From a virus (lineage: Duplodnaviria; Caudoviricetes): DNA of 56,714 bases. The stretch lies in the IMG/VR virus record IMGVR_UViG_3300045741_000168, positions 1 through 56,714 of that record. One strand, given 5' to 3'. Positions within the stretch are counted from its first letter, which is position 1, and each line of letters begins with the position of its first letter. Shown piece by piece: positions 1 through 8,817 of the stretch. The notes below the pieces were generated by a model. The model did no database searches, was not told the origin of the DNA, and saw only the letters and a program-made list of their open reading frames with translations. A program made the position numbers and the translations under genes.

Positions 1-187
1 AGTTCGGTGGCTTCCTGGGACTACGAACCACAGATGTGGTCGGCATGGAAGGGATTACAGCCACAGACATGCTGGACTACCAGATGCCGAGAGGTGACGA
101 TTTGTCACGGGTTGGGACCGAGGCTCACTTTCTCGGCCAATATCTGCCCTGGGACTCTAACGAAAACGCCATGATCGCAGCAAGGCA
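1..187. repeat. Terminal direct repeat, copy 1 (circular assembly overlap)
   Basis: Identical to 56528-56714 except C128 vs T56655 (synonymous His codon). Confidence 0.95.
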
Positions 188-500
188 CGGCATGAAACGA
201 AACGCTGGCTATCCGCCTTGTTACGCTAACTGGTGGGATCACGAGAATCTGGACAACGCACAGACCGGGTTACATGACTACTTCATGTTCCGTAAATATG
301 GCTTTGGTCGCGGGTGCCAGCAAATAAGCGTAGACGTGCGATCAGGACTTATAGATAGGGATGTAGCCATGAAGTGGCTGGAGAAGCATGAAGGTGCCTT
401 TCCATTCGTCTACGGCGGCGTTCCGGTAGAGGATGTCTTGGACCGCATCGGAATGAGCCGAGAGCAGTTGGAAAAACTGGCTAATCAGTTCTCGGAATAG
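1..500 (+). CDS. 3' part of N-acetyl sugar amidotransferase (PseA/WbpG-like), continuing from 55981 across the origin
   Basis: In frame with the 55981 ORF through the terminal repeat; HDYFMFRKYGFGR...IDRDVA C-terminal motif. Confidence 0.85.
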   Translation, partial: FGGFLGLRTTDVVGMEGITATDMLDYQMPRGDDLSRVGTEAHFLGQYLPWDSNENAMIAARHGMKRNAGYPPCYANWWDHENLDNAQTGLHDYFMFRKYGFGRGCQQISVDVRSGLIDRDVAMKWLEKHEGAFPFVYGGVPVEDVLDRIGMSREQLEKLANQFSE

Positions 501-544
501 ACTTATACCAAGTTATACACGTTTCCAGGTATAAATAGATATAA

Positions 545-1345
545 ATGCTGGCGAAGCGGATAATCCCCGTCATGCTGGCTCGTGGCAAGAAGCTGGTGAA
601 GGGTGAGGGCTTCAATGGCTGGCGCAATGTCGGCCATGTTCTACAGTCCGCGAAGGTACACGCTGCGCGTGGCGTAGACGAGTTGATGATCCTGGATATT
701 GCTGCCACGAAAGAAAACCGCGGCCCTGATCTGAACGTAATCAGCGAACTGGCAGACGGTTGCTACATACCGATTACGGTTGGAGGAGGCGTCAAGACCG
801 TCCATGACATAGACAGGCTGTTACGCGCAGGCGCAGACAAAGTTGCAATATGCTCTGCCGCATGGGGAGACGATATCATTGCCAGAGCCGCAGATAGATT
901 CGGCTGCCAGGCCATCACAGTCGTCATCGACTACGAATGGATGACCCACGAAGAAGAACCAGACAAATCCTACCCTCTGATAAAAGTCCACAATAACACT
1001 CAAATTGTAAAAAAGCCTATGAACGACGGCTATACTGCAATCAGGGTAACAGAGGCCATCGAGTTGATGCAAGCATTGGGGGCCGGTGAAATCCTCTTGC
1101 AGCACGCCCAGGCAGACGGTACGCTATGTGGGTACGACTGCGAGCTTTTAGAGGCTCTGAGGCCCCTTTTAAGCGTTCCTGTCGTGATAGCCGGTGGCTG
1201 TTCAGGCTACGAGGATATGCACAAAGCTATCAAGGCCGGAGCAGACGGTGTTGCAGCGGGTGCGCTGTACCAGTTCACCGACGCTACGCCCAAGGGGGCC
1301 GCGCAGTATCTGGCTGAGAATGGTGTGAGCGTTCGGCTTCAGTGA
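545..1345 (+). CDS. HisF-like cyclase-fold protein (LPS/Pse cluster type)
   Basis: RIIPVM, GVDELMILDI, IPITVGGGV, AGADKV, GAGEILL, PVVIAGG; directly follows the amidotransferase. Confidence 0.85.
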   Translation: MLAKRIIPVMLARGKKLVKGEGFNGWRNVGHVLQSAKVHAARGVDELMILDIAATKENRGPDLNVISELADGCYIPITVGGGVKTVHDIDRLLRAGADKVAICSAAWGDDIIARAADRFGCQAITVVIDYEWMTHEEEPDKSYPLIKVHNNTQIVKKPMNDGYTAIRVTEAIELMQALGAGEILLQHAQADGTLCGYDCELLEALRPLLSVPVVIAGGCSGYEDMHKAIKAGADGVAAGALYQFTDATPKGAAQYLAENGVSVRLQ

Positions 1346-1505
1346 CTTTACAGACACAAGTAGCTGCGGTTCCGTACTTCAAAGCAAAACCGTCGTTCAT
1401 ATAAGTTAAGTTCTTATACAGATTATGTTCTATATGTATATATTTAATCCTGTTTCTATACAGGTTCTTATGGATTCCCTAGATTTCACCGGTTCGATGG
1501 CGAAG

Positions 1506-1823
1506 CCCCCCCTACCCCCCAACATGTGAGAAGTAGAAAGAGCATCAGATTCCCTGAGTAACGACTCGGACATCCGACGACCCGCGACCGGCATTGCAGC
1601 CACCAGATTACTCTGGCTTCCATCTGCTTCGCGGGTAAGCCCCAGCAGCGTCGCGCATGGATTGCACGGTTGCCTTACGGCAGCGACTACCATGGACGCA
1701 GAAAGCAAGAAGCCCTTCTCTACTGCGCCCGGTGAGTAAGCACCGGTTGCCATTTCTGGCTGCGCATGAGAGAAGGGCCGTCCCTTGACATCACCACACT
1801 GACCACACTGCTTACTCAATGGT
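1506..1823 (-). ncRNA. Candidate structured non-coding RNA with several GNRA-capped stems and a 3' G6-TA-G7 tract
   Basis: Minus-strand stems gcccttctc/gagaagggc, gcca-GAAA-tggc, ccggtg/caccgg, gctgcc-GTAA-ggcaac, acccgcga/tcgcgggt, ccaga-GTAA-tctgg. Confidence 0.55.
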
Positions 1824-1829
1824 GATGTT

Positions 1830-1857
1830 ATTATCCACACCAGAAAACCTTTGTCAA
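1830..1857 (-). promoter_or_regulatory. Sigma70-like promoter overlapping a DnaA box
   Basis: Minus strand TTGACA (1857-1852), 16 bp, GATAAT (1835-1830); TTATCCACA at 1831-1839. Confidence 0.55.
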
Positions 1858-2072
1858 GTCCTTTTTTTCGGTGTGGTTATTTCCAAGGCTCTGTGAGAGG
1901 TAAATCCTTCTGGGCCGTCGGTGTAAACAGCCTTGATCTGAGCGACGACTGATCTAGTTTTAGTGAGACTGGCCGCATAAACGCAGGCATGGTCGAAGTC
2001 CTCGTCGAACCCTACGAAGTCATTGTCAACTATGACGGCGAACAGATTCAGTAGTTCACGTTCGTTTGCCAT
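1854..2072 (-). CDS. Hypothetical protein
   Basis: Overlaps the upstream HTH gene in the leftward operon. Confidence 0.6.
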   Translation of the reverse strand: MANERELLNLFAVIVDNDFVGFDEDFDHACVYAASLTKTRSVVAQIKAVYTDGPEGFTSHRALEITTPKKRT

Positions 2073-2301
2073 TCTTACGCTCTCGTTCCTCGAACAATGC
2101 TCGCTCTGATTGCCAGAAGTTGAACAATCTGGCGGCTCGCTGATACGTCATCAGATGAATCTTCCCACGCGCTACTTGCGAGAGATAACCTCGGCTAAAA
2201 CCGCACGCCTGCTGGATTTTGTTGATGTTCCAGCCCCACCGTTTCAAGTCCTCGATGATGCTGAAGGCGTCTATCTCAGACGGTATCATCTTTCGAAACA
2301 A
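2056..2301 (-). CDS. XRE/Cro-like HTH protein
   Basis: INKIQQACGFSRGYLSQVARGK helix-turn-helix pattern. Confidence 0.6.
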   Translation of the reverse strand: MFRKMIPSEIDAFSIIEDLKRWGWNINKIQQACGFSRGYLSQVARGKIHLMTYQRAARLFNFWQSERALFEERERKNGKRT

Positions 2302-3257
2302 TCTTCAGTAAGTGGTGCTGGAGCAACAATGTCACGGGTAAACGATAGTCCTTCTATCTTATCGAACATCGCTGGGGAAATGCCGAGTGCCGGTCTAGCC
2401 GTGACCACGTTCAAGCCGAATCGTATCTTGTCCCCCTTCGACACGGAGGAACAGACCCACAATGAGCGTCGTAGCTCGGGGGTTTCGCCGGGCTTTGTCC
2501 CAACTTTGGAGCCAAGAGAAGAGGCTGCATCTCGTACAGCTTGAACCATGGAATTGAATTCGGCAGGGTTCAATGCGAATCCGCTATCCGGCCCGCCATC
2601 GGAACGAGACAAGCAAATATGCTTCTCGATCATCACAGCACCGAGAGCCGTAGCTACTACTGGGGCAGTGTTCGACATTGTATGGTCGCTGAGCCCCCAT
2701 TTATAGTCCAACGAGGCAAGGCCCCGCAGGTTCATCGTAGAGGATTCCGCTGGATAGGCTGATGTGCAGGCCAACATTATGGCTTTTGCATCCGCGGCGT
2801 CGTAAGCAGCCGCTATCTCGTCGCAGTTAGCCATCCCTGTGGAGATTATTACTTCATCAGCCTTGCTCGAGGCATATCGAATCAATGGAATATCTACTAA
2901 CTCGAACGAAGCGATTTTGATTCGATATGAACCAAGGTTTATCAGGTAGTTGACTGACGCATTATCGAAGGCAGAACCAAACGGGTCCAGTCCGATGTTT
3001 TTGCAGTGATTGAAGATTATGTCGATGTCGCGCCAACTCAGGAAAGTCTCGCCGTACAAGTCATACAACGAACGCCCTTTCCAAGGCCCACGAGCCACCA
3101 GGTAGCCGCGATCCAGGCACATAGTCCCAGGTGACCAGCATTGAATTTTGAACGCATCAGCGCCCGCTAATTTAGCCGCGTCGGCCAGCTTCAGTGCGTT
3201 CGACAACTTCCCGTTGTGAGACGCCCCAAGTTCTGCGACTATGGTTGGGCTAATCAC
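2286..3257 (-). CDS. pseI: Pseudaminic acid synthase (NeuB family)
   Basis: IVAELGASHNG, KIASFELVD, ISTGMA, CTSAYP, GLSDHT, IEKH, RRSL plus C-terminal SAF/AFP-like domain. Confidence 0.9.
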   Translation of the reverse strand: MISPTIVAELGASHNGKLSNALKLADAAKLAGADAFKIQCWSPGTMCLDRGYLVARGPWKGRSLYDLYGETFLSWRDIDIIFNHCKNIGLDPFGSAFDNASVNYLINLGSYRIKIASFELVDIPLIRYASSKADEVIISTGMANCDEIAAAYDAADAKAIMLACTSAYPAESSTMNLRGLASLDYKWGLSDHTMSNTAPVVATALGAVMIEKHICLSRSDGGPDSGFALNPAEFNSMVQAVRDAASSLGSKVGTKPGETPELRRSLWVCSSVSKGDKIRFGLNVVTARPALGISPAMFDKIEGLSFTRDIVAPAPLTEDCFER

Positions 3258-3663
3258 GTCGGTATGTGGTCTGGATCAGATCGAAGCCCAACGACTTGAA
3301 TAGAATCCGACTCTTATCGTTTTGTGGCGCAATGTTCGCCAACAACGGGCCAGGATGATCCGAGATCAATTTGGTCAGCGCGGCGCGGGCATATCCCCGA
3401 CCTCGTTCCGCCACTAGCACGGCGATGCCGACTTCGTCCAATTTCGTCAGGTAGCACGTGCCGATCAGGCGACCTTCGACCTTGATTGCGTACCAAAATT
3501 TATACGGGTGCGAGTCGTGGAAAGCCTCGTGCTGTGCAAGCAAGGGCATCTTGCGGTGTGAGATAGACTCGATTGCCTCACGCTCCGACAGTAACTTCCA
3601 TGTCAGGGCGCAGGCAATCGAGCGGTCAACCGTATAAATATCGACCAGTTCGACCGGCATCAC
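3250..3663 (-). CDS. GNAT N-acetyltransferase, PseH-like
   Basis: EVGIAV...RGRGYA...LANIAPQNDKSRILFKSLGF; overlaps the pseI start. Confidence 0.75.
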   Translation of the reverse strand: MMPVELVDIYTVDRSIACALTWKLLSEREAIESISHRKMPLLAQHEAFHDSHPYKFWYAIKVEGRLIGTCYLTKLDEVGIAVLVAERGRGYARAALTKLISDHPGPLLANIAPQNDKSRILFKSLGFDLIQTTYRRD

Positions 3664-3920
3664 TTATGCGGTGCAGGCATCGCTGGAATCTGTTTCACAT
3701 CCCACAGTTTAGCGGCGAAAGCCTTACGCTCGCCCCTAGGTAGATCAACGCCAGATTTACGCAGGCGCGATAACATCGAAGCTACGTTCGTCGCTTTACG
3801 CTCAAGCGCAAGTGCAATCTCAGGTACCTTCGTACCATGTCGATAGAGCTTTACCAACTCATTGACATCGGCCTGAGTCCACGGCTTATAGTCCATATTC
3901 TTACGCGGTTTCTTTTCCAT
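3660..3920 (-). CDS. Small HTH (GcrA/Myb-like) protein
   Basis: WTQADVNELVKLYRHG...EIALALER. Confidence 0.55.
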   Translation of the reverse strand: MEKKPRKNMDYKPWTQADVNELVKLYRHGTKVPEIALALERKATNVASMLSRLRKSGVDLPRGERKAFAAKLWDVKQIPAMPAPHK

Positions 3921-4080
3921 GAAATTCCTCTAGTGGTTAAAATGAGCGATTATACACTAAGCAACCACTGGAAGAATAGTGTGAGTGCATACCCTGACAA
4001 CAGGCCGGTGCAGTAGATCGCGAACAAGAATAGACAATCACGAGTCGGAAGTGTGTCGTAGTCAGTCATATCGACCCCCT

Positions 4081-4347
4081 TTATCCTTTGAATCGTTGAA
4101 TTTCGGCCACGTGATCAGTGTAGTAGTCTAGCAGGATCTGTGCTGCCTCTGATTGTTGCTTTAGACGAGGCATGTTTTGTCCTTGGTAATCTGGTGATAA
4201 TGATAGATAAGTCTGTACTGCGCGAAGCATTGTGTAAGGGTCAGGATTCTCGCATCGATCCTTGTAGGAAAAGCCGCACTGTGAGCCATCGCCATCGTTG
4301 ATAATAGTCAGCACGATGTCATTGATTACATGGTTTTGATGGTACAT
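4081..4347 (-). CDS. Hypothetical protein
   Basis: ORF in the leftward gene run. Confidence 0.55.
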   Translation of the reverse strand: MYHQNHVINDIVLTIINDGDGSQCGFSYKDRCENPDPYTMLRAVQTYLSLSPDYQGQNMPRLKQQSEAAQILLDYYTDHVAEIQRFKG

Positions 4348-4516
4348 GTTGCATCCTATCAGTCGTCAAAATACACAGATCGCAGCAGTTCGGCCTGCGC
4401 GCCTTCATAGTCGATGGCGTAAACCACGACTACGCCATCATCGTCACGGATGTCGGTACACCCTGCGCAGTAGCTCACATGCAATTCTGGTGAGTCGTCG
4501 GTGTTGGGTAGAGTAG

Positions 4517-5209
4517 TCATGCTGCCACCTTTGAGGTTTCGGTTGCAGGCTCGATCGCAGGCTCAGGGCCCTCTCCCAGCCAGTCCCCGACATATGGCGG
4601 CGGGGGGAAGCCCTCCCGCGTGTTGAGCTGCATCAGCGCGCCGATTGCGTTATCGGTCTGGAACTGCACCAGCGCGCCGGCTTTAGTCCCGTTATGGTGA
4701 ATTATTGGGGAATACGTGCATCCGCCCGTCAGTTTTTCGTTGATATCGCCCATTTTGCCGAGATATCGTGCGTTATACTGGCCCGCCTCGCCGCTGGGCG
4801 ACCGAGCCAACCGCAACACTCTGCGCCAGTCAGGGTAGGTGCCGTCGACAGGTGCGGCAGACGTTACCGTGCCTGCGTACATGTTGCGCAGCGTGATCGT
4901 CTGTTTCGGGGGGGATTCTTTGGTTTCGCCCGGTACAGATTCAAATTCCAGTAGCAGATCGTACTGCCGTGCGGTGAATTTTACTGACTTGGCAAACGCG
5001 ATAGGCACGATAAAATCCGCTTGCGGTATCTCGCAATCTTGGTCATAACGGGTAGCGATTAGATAGTGCCCGTTAGTAGTCACTAACGTCACGGTCTTAG
5101 TGCCGTTCGTTTCGACATTGATACCGTTTAAGTAAGCGCGAGTGTCGTTTGTAGGCGCGCTTATACAATGCGCTTGCCAATGCGTTTTAGGAATTGTCAG
5201 TGTAATCAT
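4517..5209 (-). CDS. DNA polymerase III beta-clamp-like protein (partial)
   Basis: DTRAYLNGINVE, VTTNGHYL, VDGTYPDWRRV resemble DnaN middle-domain motifs; likely start MITLTIP at 5209. Confidence 0.65.
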   Translation of the reverse strand: MITLTIPKTHWQAHCISAPTNDTRAYLNGINVETNGTKTVTLVTTNGHYLIATRYDQDCEIPQADFIVPIAFAKSVKFTARQYDLLLEFESVPGETKESPPKQTITLRNMYAGTVTSAAPVDGTYPDWRRVLRLARSPSGEAGQYNARYLGKMGDINEKLTGGCTYSPIIHHNGTKAGALVQFQTDNAIGALMQLNTREGFPPPPYVGDWLGEGPEPAIEPATETSKVAA

Positions 5210-5282
5210 GTGATGGACTCCTGTAATCTGCCCAGAATTGAGCATTGCAAGGCCCCGATGCACGGGGCGATGCGATGGTCAA

Positions 5283-5480
5283 TCATTTTGTTAAAACGTC
5301 AGTAAAATCTGGCGCTTCGCCTTTGTATTCTGCCACGCGAAATGAGTGCCAACCGTCAGCTGTCGCCAGTTTTTTGGCTTTGGGAATATCGATCGGGTTT
5401 ATGGTATGTAGCAAAATTGATTCCATACCCTCGCAGGTTTCGCCTTTTGCTAAGCCGTAAAGTAGGTATTCGGTCTTCAT
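5283..5480 (-). CDS. Hypothetical protein
   Basis: ATGA-coupled to the upstream gene. Confidence 0.6.
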   Translation of the reverse strand: MKTEYLLYGLAKGETCEGMESILLHTINPIDIPKAKKLATADGWHSFRVAEYKGEAPDFTDVLTK

Positions 5481-5764
5481 GCCGCCGCCTTTTGTTTTCC
5501 CGCCTCTATGCCCTTCAGATAAGAGCGCATCAGCTCGAATATTTCGCGTTTTGTGTGAAAGCCATCAATGATGCTTTTAACTCCGCCGTGTTCATTGTGC
5601 ATTCTGACAAGTGAGTGCCCGCCATACGCCGAATCAAGGTGGTAGTGGCCAACATTCGAAATATAACTTGCGCCATTGTTGGTATAGGCCTCCATCGGCG
5701 AGCCTGTCGCCGCGTTTATCTCGTCTATCATTGCTTGCAGATGGTTTTCTGTGATTCTGTTCAT
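5477..5764 (-). CDS. Hypothetical phage protein
   Basis: GGAG RBS; YHLDSAYGG motif. Confidence 0.65.
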   Translation of the reverse strand: MNRITENHLQAMIDEINAATGSPMEAYTNNGASYISNVGHYHLDSAYGGHSLVRMHNEHGGVKSIIDGFHTKREIFELMRSYLKGIEAGKQKAAA

Positions 5765-5804
5765 GATTGTTTACTCCGTTTGGTTGAAGGGCGGGGTGAT
5801 GATG

Positions 5805-6041
5805 TCAGGCGTCTGGGTATTGACCGTAGCAAGCCTTTGCGAGTCCGGCCAAGTCTCGCGTTTTGATGCTTGTCGGCAGGCAGTCTGCGATGCTTGAATT
5901 GACGCGGTAGCCTTGCACTATGGCTACAACACCATTTTCAAACACTGCGACGCAATTGCCGTTGCGCTTGTAAGTACGCGCCTTAGACCGGCCGATGGAA
6001 TCTAGGTCAGAATCGTTGAGCCGCATTGCGCTGGTTATCAT
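5805..6041 (-). CDS. Hypothetical protein
   Basis: AGGAG RBS upstream. Confidence 0.55.
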   Translation of the reverse strand: MITSAMRLNDSDLDSIGRSKARTYKRNGNCVAVFENGVVAIVQGYRVNSSIADCLPTSIKTRDLAGLAKACYGQYPDA

Positions 6042-6043
6042 GA

Positions 6044-6292
6044 TTATTTACTCCTGTCGGCCACGCGCACGGCGCGGAGGGCTATGGCTAGATCTGTGCG
6101 CAGTGCATTGATATGCGGCAGGGTTTTGTGGCAGTCGCACGAGTGATGCCACGCCATTGCGGAGTGCAGCTCTTGCCAAGCATGGCCGACAGCTCGCACT
6201 AGTTCAGCCCGTTGGGACTGTTGATAGTTGCATGGGTTGCGCATCGCTGCGGCTTGTAATGCGCGATTTGCTTCTCGTTGATATTTCAGCAT
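6044..6292 (-). CDS. Hypothetical protein
   Basis: Likely start MLKYQ after an AAGGA RBS. Confidence 0.45.
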   Translation of the reverse strand: MLKYQREANRALQAAAMRNPCNYQQSQRAELVRAVGHAWQELHSAMAWHHSCDCHKTLPHINALRTDLAIALRAVRVADRSK

Positions 6293-6628
6293 GTTAGATC
6301 CTTGGTTGGTTGATGTGCAGTGCACAATTGATAATGTACAGGCGCCCTTCACGCCAGATCAGATTGCACAGATCTGGTGTTCAGTGCGGCTTGCTTACTG
6401 GTGGCGCATTTCTCGCATCGCTGCGTGATAGGCGTAGATTTGAATTCTGCCCAGCTGCACGACAGCGGGGTACGCAGGATGTTCCGACCGCAGGCTGTGC
6501 GCGCTGCTATCCCGCTTCCATTCTTGTTCAGGTGCATTTGGTGCGTCATGATGACCTCTGGTGGATTACGCCGAGGCAACATCGTCAACAGTGGCGACGA
6601 TGTAGCCGTGTTGTGTTGCCCATGATTT

Positions 6629-6871
6629 TTACTTCGTTCGGTTGCCGAGCCGCACGATACAGTTACCGGCCGCGTCGTATGAGTCATCGATCACGCGCGC
6701 TGAGTCGTCGTCGGGCCCTGATCCATACAAGCCACCGCACCGACAATCGCTAACGCCACAAAGCTCATAATCGAGTCGCTTGGTCTGTCGCGCAGACAAC
6801 CAACCGTCGCGCGATCGAAAAGTTGCCAAGTAACTGCCGTGGAAATTATTGCCGCTTACTTTGTATTGCAT
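6629..6871 (-). CDS. Hypothetical protein
   Basis: Preceded by the repeated RBS element. Confidence 0.55.
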   Translation of the reverse strand: MQYKVSGNNFHGSYLATFRSRDGWLSARQTKRLDYELCGVSDCRCGGLYGSGPDDDSARVIDDSYDAAGNCIVRLGNRTK

Positions 6872-7145
6872 GATTTGCCCCTATGGTTATTTACAGCGTG
6901 TCATGATTACGAATTGGCGACATCGTCCACACTGGTGACGGTGTACCCGTTTTGTGCTGCCCATGACGCCGCGTCGCTTTCAGCTTCATCCGGTGTCATG
7001 CAATCCGGCGAGCGGTAAGTGTACGCGTGTGGCCCCCCCTCGTGATAATCTTTATCTGTAACCACATCTGCGCAATACTCGCCCCAAGAGCGTGGCTTGA
7101 CGCTGATATATACCTTATATACCTTCATGATTTGCCCCTATGGTT
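6869..7145. repeat. 20-bp direct repeat covering RBS and start of two adjacent genes
   Basis: catgatttgcccctatggtt at 6869-6888 and 7126-7145. Confidence 0.85.
6907..7128 (-). CDS. Hypothetical protein, first gene of the leftward operon
   Basis: Preceded by the repeated RBS element. Confidence 0.55.
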   Translation of the reverse strand: MKVYKVYISVKPRSWGEYCADVVTDKDYHEGGPHAYTYRSPDCMTPDEAESDAASWAAQNGYTVTSVDDVANS

Positions 7146-7364
7146 GATGCTGCAACGATGGTGATGCAGTGATGTAATGATAGGTTCATGACATACCGAT
7201 GGAAGTAGGCACCGTACCCATTTTAGCGTAAGGTAACGTCTATTTATCGTGTAGGGCAAACACCTACAGAAGGCATATATACTTCGCTTAAAGTTGTTGC
7301 AATTTCATAGGAAAAGAGTACAGTAGATCTGTGGACAAGTACGATAACGTGAGCGGGCACTAAC

Positions 7365-7982
7365 ATGCCAGCAGTTGCGAGAATAGACTGGGCGGAGGTT
7401 GAGCCGCGCTACCGCAGTGGTCGCTACACGTTTAGCGCGCTGGCATCGATGTTCGCCTGCAGCGAAACGGCGATCAGGAATCAGGCGCGAAAACGGGGAT
7501 GGACACGTGACCTTGCCCCGGCCATCAAGGCCCGTGCTGACGAGATAGTCCAGCAGCAGGCCCTTGTCCATACTTCGGAAAGTAACAGTGAATTCGAAAG
7601 CGGCGGCGGATTATGGGCCAGTGAGCTTACTGACAAAGATATCAATCAGGCCGTAGAGCAAAATGCCAAGCAAATTGCCTGCATCAAAATAGCTCACAGA
7701 AAAGATATAGGAAGACTTAGAAAAGCATTGACCAAATTGTTAAAAGAGGTTGAGCAGGACAATAGAGCATTAGAGTACAAGCTCAAAGGCGTAAAGCTCG
7801 CAGCAGATACGCTCGAAACAATAATCAAGCTCGAATCAGAGTCATGGAATTTTGACAAACACGCCGAGCCTCAAACAGAGGCGCAACAAATAGACCCAAT
7901 AGACGGCGCACGAAGATTAGCGTTCATTTTGGCGCGAGCAGAAAAGATACAAGGGCAGATAAATGTCGATACTCTACAATGA
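7365..7982 (+). CDS. Putative terminase small subunit (N-terminal HTH)
   Basis: IDWAEVEPRYRSG...SETAIRNQARKRGWTRDL; first gene of the rightward virion region. Confidence 0.6.
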   Translation: MPAVARIDWAEVEPRYRSGRYTFSALASMFACSETAIRNQARKRGWTRDLAPAIKARADEIVQQQALVHTSESNSEFESGGGLWASELTDKDINQAVEQNAKQIACIKIAHRKDIGRLRKALTKLLKEVEQDNRALEYKLKGVKLAADTLETIIKLESESWNFDKHAEPQTEAQQIDPIDGARRLAFILARAEKIQGQINVDTLQ

Positions 7983-8117
7983 GCCCAGAGCCATAAGCAA
8001 CACGGCAACACCCCCAAAGCCAAAGCGCACTAGCCACGAGCAGATAGTACAGCGCAAGGCACAGGGTAAACCCACAACACTAAAGCGCAAGAAAATAGTC
8101 AAAGGATACTACTGACC

Positions 8118-8330
8118 ATGGCCAAACTCACAGCAGCCAAACGCAATAAGCTAAGCAACAAAACATTCGGACTGCCCAAAGCACGTAAATACCCAATGCC
8201 CGATAAATCCCACGCAATAAACGCAAAAGCCAGAGCTACACAAATGGTTGATAAGGGCAAATTATCGGAGGCAGCTAAGAATATCATTGATGCAAAGGCT
8301 AATTCAATTCTGGGCAGAGCAGGTAAATAA
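8118..8330 (+). CDS. Small basic conserved phage protein
   Basis: FGLPKARKYPMPDKSHAINAKAR. Confidence 0.7.
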   Translation: MAKLTAAKRNKLSNKTFGLPKARKYPMPDKSHAINAKARATQMVDKGKLSEAAKNIIDAKANSILGRAGK

Positions 8331-8400
8331 TCCAACACTGGCGCGTACTTAGGTCAGCCGCAGCAGCAGCATCAGGGCAGATTCAGCAGCGGCAGCAGTG

Positions 8401-8460
8401 GCCGGGCGGGCGGACCGGGCGCGGGACCGGGCGCGGGACCGGGCGGGCGGGGGCCGGCGC
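8401..8460 (+). repeat. GC-rich tandem repeat with many GGG runs (G-quadruplex potential)
   Basis: gggcgggcggaccgggcgcgggaccgggcgcgggaccgggcgggcggggg. Confidence 0.8.
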
Positions 8461-8817
8461 CGTCGCTTAGCGGGGTGGCTGAGATAGAGTGTAACCCCTC
8501 CTACCCAGATAAAAATCGTGCGCTTGTGATGAGAAAAATCGTGCGTCTATGCTGAGTATTCTCGTATCTGTGGCGTATTTGTTTGTTGTGTAGCAGAAAA
8601 AAAGTGGTTTCAGCAAAGTGGTGAGTAGAATCATCATCATCAAAATGGTGTCTTTTACTCAAGATTGGGGTTAAAGTGGGGTGGTTGATGCGCTTTTCTC
8701 GGGTTTATACTTTTGGTTTGGAATGTCAAGACGGGTGTTTTTGTGATCTTTCTTGGCATCTTTGTTAGTCAAGACGGTATTTGGGCTTCAATGTTTATTC
8801 CAATATCAATAAATAGG

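Noticed and set aside
1-187. Biological direct terminal repeat
   Set aside because: It falls in the middle of a gene, which fits an assembly overlap better than a packaging terminus.
545-1345. HisF as a histidine-biosynthesis auxiliary gene
   Set aside because: It is adjacent to an N-acetyl sugar amidotransferase, the known context of LPS/Pse-cluster HisF paralogues, and no other his genes are present.
1430-1840. 136-aa minus-strand ORF
   Set aside because: Its start lies inside the predicted promoter, it has no RBS or recognisable motif, and RNA structure explains the region better; not fully excluded.
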